DNA of 52,846 nucleotides from Octopus bimaculoides. Taxonomy: Eukaryota. This document shows positions 48,236 through 52,846 of this stretch, piece after piece. The stretch spans positions 43,967,379 to 44,020,224 of the forward strand of contig NC_068997.1 in NCBI RefSeq assembly GCF_001194135.2. The letters are read 5' to 3'. The notes under the pieces are model-generated. The model was not told the origin of the DNA. It was given only the letters and a program-made list of their open reading frames with translations, and searched no databases. Every line of letters starts with the position of its first letter. The stretch's first letter is position 1. Both the position numbers and the translations under genes were made by a program.

Positions 48236-48419
48236 TATACCAGGAAACAACTCTTCACAGTTAAAGTGTATTTAGTTATAAACCGAGATGTTTGTCTATG
48301 GAGACCGTGTACAATCAGGCCCAATCAAAGCTAGTGGGAGCTAGGTGATCCATTCGGCATGTGCCTTTAATTTTCTACCTCTTCTACGAGCAAAGGGTAA
48401 AGAATTACAATCTTTTTAT

Positions 48420-48760
48420 CTGTTACCTTTTTACCTGTTTCACTCATAAGACTGTGACCATGCTGGGGCACCGCCTTGAAGAATTTTTTACTGAATGACA
48501 CGACCCCAGTACCTATTTTTTTAAAGCCTCGTACCTATTCTATCGGTGTATTTTGACTAACCGCAATGTTACAGGGACATAAACAATCCAGTCCCGGTTG
48601 TCAAGCGGTGGGGAGGGAACAAACACAAACACACACACACTCATACGACAAGCTTCTTTCAGTTTCCGTCTACCAAATCCAATCACTGGCCCGAGGTTAT
48701 AGTAGAAGACACTTTCCCAAAGTGCCACGTATAGGACTGAACCCGGAACTCGGAACCCGA
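48420..48760 (-). mobile_element. CORE-type SINE
   Basis: Tail, (CA)n, core gcttctttcagtttccgtctacc and head ggactgaacccggaac. Confidence 0.8.
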
Positions 48761-48965
48761 AACTACACACACATTATTTCGTTACATTTTAGTACATCAT
48801 ATCCACACACATCTGTAACCGTTACATTAGTTATGTATTCTGCCCCGATTACTAAAATACTTGAGGAATGCTTTAAAATGGAACTAGCATTTCAAATGGC
48901 GCCTAAACTTATTACCAGCTTTGCACAGGTATATGTAAGATAAATAATCTGTTATGTTCGCTTCA

Positions 48966-49885
48966 CAGGGTGTCCCAAAAAGATTTACCCATGTTTAAAA
49001 CTCTTCCTCAAGAATATTGGTTCAGGTAATATTATCTACATTTGACACAAAGATTTGCATATGTCTTTTGTTCATGTGTCTGCTGTTTCGATCGTCTATA
49101 ACAGATTTGTAAACAAACATGGCGTCGAAAACAAAACGTGACCAGATTGTCGCTTTGTAAATAGCTGGAGTGAGCAATAAGGACATAACAAAACAGTTGA
49201 ATATGTGCTGTAAAACAGTGTTCAGTACCTGGAAAGGACATATGGAGTCTGGTTCTACTTCTAGCAAACCAATTCCTGGTAGGAAATAATCAATTCGTAC
49301 CAAACAAACTGCTGAAGCTGTGAAGAAGTGAGTGAACCGAAATCTCTGCAGGAGTGAAAGAAAAACTGAAAAAGCTCTTGATATTTCGAAATCGTCAATG
49401 TACAGGATTTTAAAAGAGAGTTTAAAGCTAACTGAATACAAGAAACAATCCTGGCAGTGATTTCAGCAGCTTCCTAGAAGAAACGACTCGACAAGGATAA
49501 AACCATGTTAGCTGAGATGAAGCTACGAGATCTTCACTGTGAAGGCAGTTACCAACAGGCAGAAGGACAGGCTTTATGTACGTAATACGGGAGACTTGCC
49601 CGAAGATAGCAGGGATCATTAATGCTGTCAGAAGCCAGCTTCACTCATGGTGTAGGCCGCAGTTACATTTGATGGCTCCAAGTCTCCCTTGATCTTCATT
49701 GATGCTGACGTCAAGGTCAACAGTGACGTTTATGTGGAAATGTTGGACGAGAAAGTGTCACCCTGGGTCACAGAAACCTTTCGTGACCGTTACACCTTCA
49801 CTCAAGACGGGGCTGCGGCCTACAGATCCAATTTGACACAGATGTGATGCAAAGAGCATTTCAGTGGTTTAGGGGACAAGAAGAT
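48966..49885 (+). mobile_element. Tc1/mariner-superfamily element (maT/DD37D-like), truncated and degenerate
   Basis: TIR-like cagggtgtcccaaaa. ATG at 49119 gives MASKTKRDQIV..., then KPASLMV*AAVTFDGSKSPLIFI..DVKVNSDVY...PWV...YTFTQDGA. In-frame stops. Confidence 0.8.
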
Positions 49886-50084
49886 ACGGGTAGGGTTCTT
49901 AACCTTATTGGCGGTATTGAACCCTTAAAATTTCATTAGTGCATTCACCGAAACCTTCATAATTGGAAAAATAAAATATGATTTCTTTAAAACATAGGTA
50001 TATATTTTATTAGTACACAAAATTATCTATACACCAGCTGCACACAAAATCACGAAGGTTTCTGCTCGGTAGGTGCCATGTCTT

Positions 50085-50837
50085 CTGATCCCTGATCAAA
50101 GCGCGCCAGGCTAATTACTTCACGGAAAAATCTGACAACGTTTGTGGCAGATTCAGCTGGTTTCCTTGAACGCTTCGAAAACCAGGATGAATGTTGGCTT
50201 AATCACTTTGAGCCAGAGACAAAGAGACAATCCATGCAGTGGAAGCATCCCTCCTCACCCGTTCCAAAGAAGGTCAAGGTCGTTTCATTTGCAGGGAAGG
50301 TGATGATCTCAGTTTTTTTATGATTCAAAAGGCATTGTGTTTATTGACTATCTTCAAAAGGACCACAGCATTAATGGAGAATACTATGCCAACTGGCTGA
50401 GGCAGTTATAAAAGGCTATCAAAACCAAAGAGCCAGGAAAACTGACAAAATGGGTCTTGTTTGATCAGGACAGTGCTCCAATACACAAGTCCTTGGTTCC
50501 AATGATTGCTGTGCATGATAGTGGTTTTGAACTGGTTGATCATAACTTCCTCTTCTCCTGATTTGGCCCCACTTGACTATCATTTGTTCCTTAACATGAA
50601 ACAACAAACACTTGTCTGGGAACCAGTATCGCAGTGATGATTACGTCATATCTGTTGCTGATGACTTTTTTGACGAAGAGGATGAAAGCATTTTCACCAA
50701 TGGGATCCAAGCACTGCAGCATCGATGGAAAAAGTGTGTGAATCACAAAGGGGATTATGTCGTAAAATAAACCTTATCTGGTCACATTCCATGAGAGTAT
50801 CTTAGTCAACTTATGAACTTTTTAGCCGACACTCATA
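50085..50837 (+). mobile_element. mariner (DD34D, irritans-like) transposon, 3' half
   Basis: QDECWLNHFEPETKRQSMQWKH..SPVPKK.K...AGKVM..VF.DSKG, QDSAP.H, SPDLAPLDY.LF..MK, RWKKCV..KGDYV. 3' TIR-like aactttttagccgacactcata. Confidence 0.88.
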
Positions 50838-50949
50838 GTTTTAGGAAAATTTGGCTGCAACTTCTAACTGGTCGAGAGACTACGTAATGGTTTCGTGTGT
50901 ACTGTTCCCATAAGAACATTAAGTCACGACTCTCAGTATGTATGGTAAT

Positions 50950-52330
50950 GTAGGCTGCCAAATGGTTAAAACTACATAACTTGAAATGCTTGTAACTTCT
51001 TTATTGATAATTTCTAGAATCTAGAAAAAAAAAAATGAATGCGATTTTCGTCATCAGCATGCAAAGCTACATCAGAACTATATCTTTTAAAAATAATTTG
51101 GTGAAAATTTGAAAACCTTCAAGCGGTTGGAAGAAATTTAACATGATCTAAAAAAAAACGGTGGTCGCGTACATAGTGACACATTTCACACATTTTTTTT
51201 TTTTAATGCCAAGTTTCATTTTCTAGATATATATACTTGATGCGTGTCAGTATGTATGCACGCCCAACAGTTTTCTTTTTCTCTCAATAAAAAAATTTCG
51301 ATTATAATCGTAATCTACACCATCTGAAAGATGTTTGTTGAAAGTTTCAATAAAAAGTATTCATTTTTCTGAAAGTTATGAGGAAACAAAGTCGATCGGT
51401 GCGAATTATCTGAAATTCTTCTCTCTTTCCGAAAAAAATTTTCACAACAAATTCCAATATAATCGTAATCGACAGCATTTGAAAGCTATTTGCAGAAAAT
51501 TTCATTAAAAGTTTCAATAAAAAGTATCCATTTTTCTGAAAGTTATAAGGAAACAAAATCGAGCGGTCGCACTTATGTAGGTACACCGTAAACTGTTGGT
51601 AAACAATTTGTTCTTAAATAAACGAAATTATTCGAAACAAACCATAAAAATAAAAATAAAATCTGAAAAATCTATTATAATATCATTGCGCAGAATATTC
51701 TCAACTCTCTCGTGGAAAGCAATAGGGCCTGCCTCAAGCGAGGAAATAAACGGTGCTGTGGTACAATGTTTCGTCTTTTTTGATGAATGTTATGATGTGT
51801 AATTTAAGGAAGATTTGGCTGCTATTTCTAGTAGGTCGAGAGACCACGTAAAGATTTCCTATGTGCTGTTCCAATGGAGACAAACAGTATCGACTTACAG
51901 TCTCTCTGGCAATGTGGGCTGCCGAGTGGTTAAAATTACATAAATACCGTAACTTTTTTATTAACTTCTAGAAAAAGTGAATGCAAATGTCGTAACCAGC
52001 ACGGAAAATTACATCAGAACTCTAGTCTTTGAAATAATCTGATGAGTAATTGAAAAACCAAGTTGTTGGAAGAAATTTTAAAAGATCCTTCCCCCCACCC
52101 TCCATGCATTAAATTCCAATATAATAGTAATTTACACCATCGCATTTGTAGAAAAAAATATCCATTTTTCCATTTTGCTGAAAGTTTTGAAGAAACAAAA
52201 AGGTTGGGACACAATTGTGTTGGTAGGCCCAATTTATAACCACAGCTTAATAAAGTAGTTTCTTTTTCCAAGTAATACACTGGTCTTAACTGTGCACATT
52301 TGTCCATGATGTTGAATAAAAAGTGATTCA
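50950..52330 (+). repeat. Two diverged direct copies (about 960 bp apart) of an unclassified repeat, with an internal 167-bp duplication
   Basis: g.gggctgcc..tggttaaaa.tacataa...catcagaact...gttggaagaaattt occurs at about 50950 and 51915. aaagtttcaataaaaagta.ccatttttctgaaagttat occurs at 51341 and 51508. Confidence 0.65.
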
Positions 52331-52600
52331 ACAGCTTACGGAATATTCCGAAGATTGACGAATATTTAGATTGTTTGTGTTGTTGAAATCAAATTGACAA
52401 CATTCAGTCTCTTCAAAATACTTCTAAAAGTGAAGTGGGTCTGTGCTTTAAGTGGTTGAGGGAGATATCAATCTGCAATTCTCAGAAGTTTCCGCATTTA
52501 TTTATGACAGCTGAGTCATGTTGAACACTCAGAATTAAGTAAACTCCCAAATACAGTTAAAAATATATTATGCTGGTCCTTATTTTTACATACTGCAGGT

Positions 52601-52755
52601 CACTGGTTCCCAACCTTTTCACTACCAAGGAACTCTTTCATATAAATGAGTTTTCCAGGATATTCAAAGGTCTGTCAGCTTAACATGTTCACGGACCCCC
52701 AGTACTACCTTTTCGGATCACCAGGGGTCCGCAGACCACAGGTTGGGAACCACTG
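52601..52755. mobile_element. 155-bp hAT-Charlie/Buster MITE
   Basis: TIRs cactggttcccaacct ... aggttgggaaccactg; TSD ctgcaggt / ctgtaggt (7/8 match). Confidence 0.85.
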
Positions 52756-52811
52756 CTGTAGGTTGTATGTCATTTGTTGCACTAAATGTATATATATATG
52801 ATACTGCTAAT

Positions 52812-52846
<35 letters not shown>

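Overview
AT-rich eukaryotic (metazoan) genomic DNA with many N gaps and microsatellites. The SINE families and repeat landscape suggest a coleoid cephalopod, probably Octopus (inference). There are no prokaryotic features, rRNA, true tRNA genes or CRISPR arrays. The only host gene I can support is the 3' half of a Gli/cubitus interruptus Hedgehog-pathway transcription factor on the minus strand. It has four well-supported coding exons (28992-28795, 27079-26938, 26096-25989, 25805-23506) whose splice phases chain into one open frame, plus a candidate His-rich exon (29182-29099). The five zinc-finger exons are not visible, so 29.2-52.8 kb is probably one very large intron, or the assembly is broken there. 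That interval holds a full-length, frameshifted hAT-Buster/Charlie transposon with an exact 8-bp target-site duplication (TSD), fragments of Gypsy, CR1, RTE, maT-like and mariner elements, and many SINEs. The most interesting signals are: (1) a sharp switch from CpG-decayed to CpG-intact sequence near 29.4-30 kb, visible in copies of the same SINE families; (2) a Gli PKA phospho-cluster that seems to lack two of the six vertebrate sites; (3) closely spaced inverted SINE pairs in the presumed intron; (4) a Buster transposon together with several non-autonomous relatives. I did not find a clearly novel biological system. Coordinates of degenerate repeats are approximate, and family names come from recalled motifs, not database searches.
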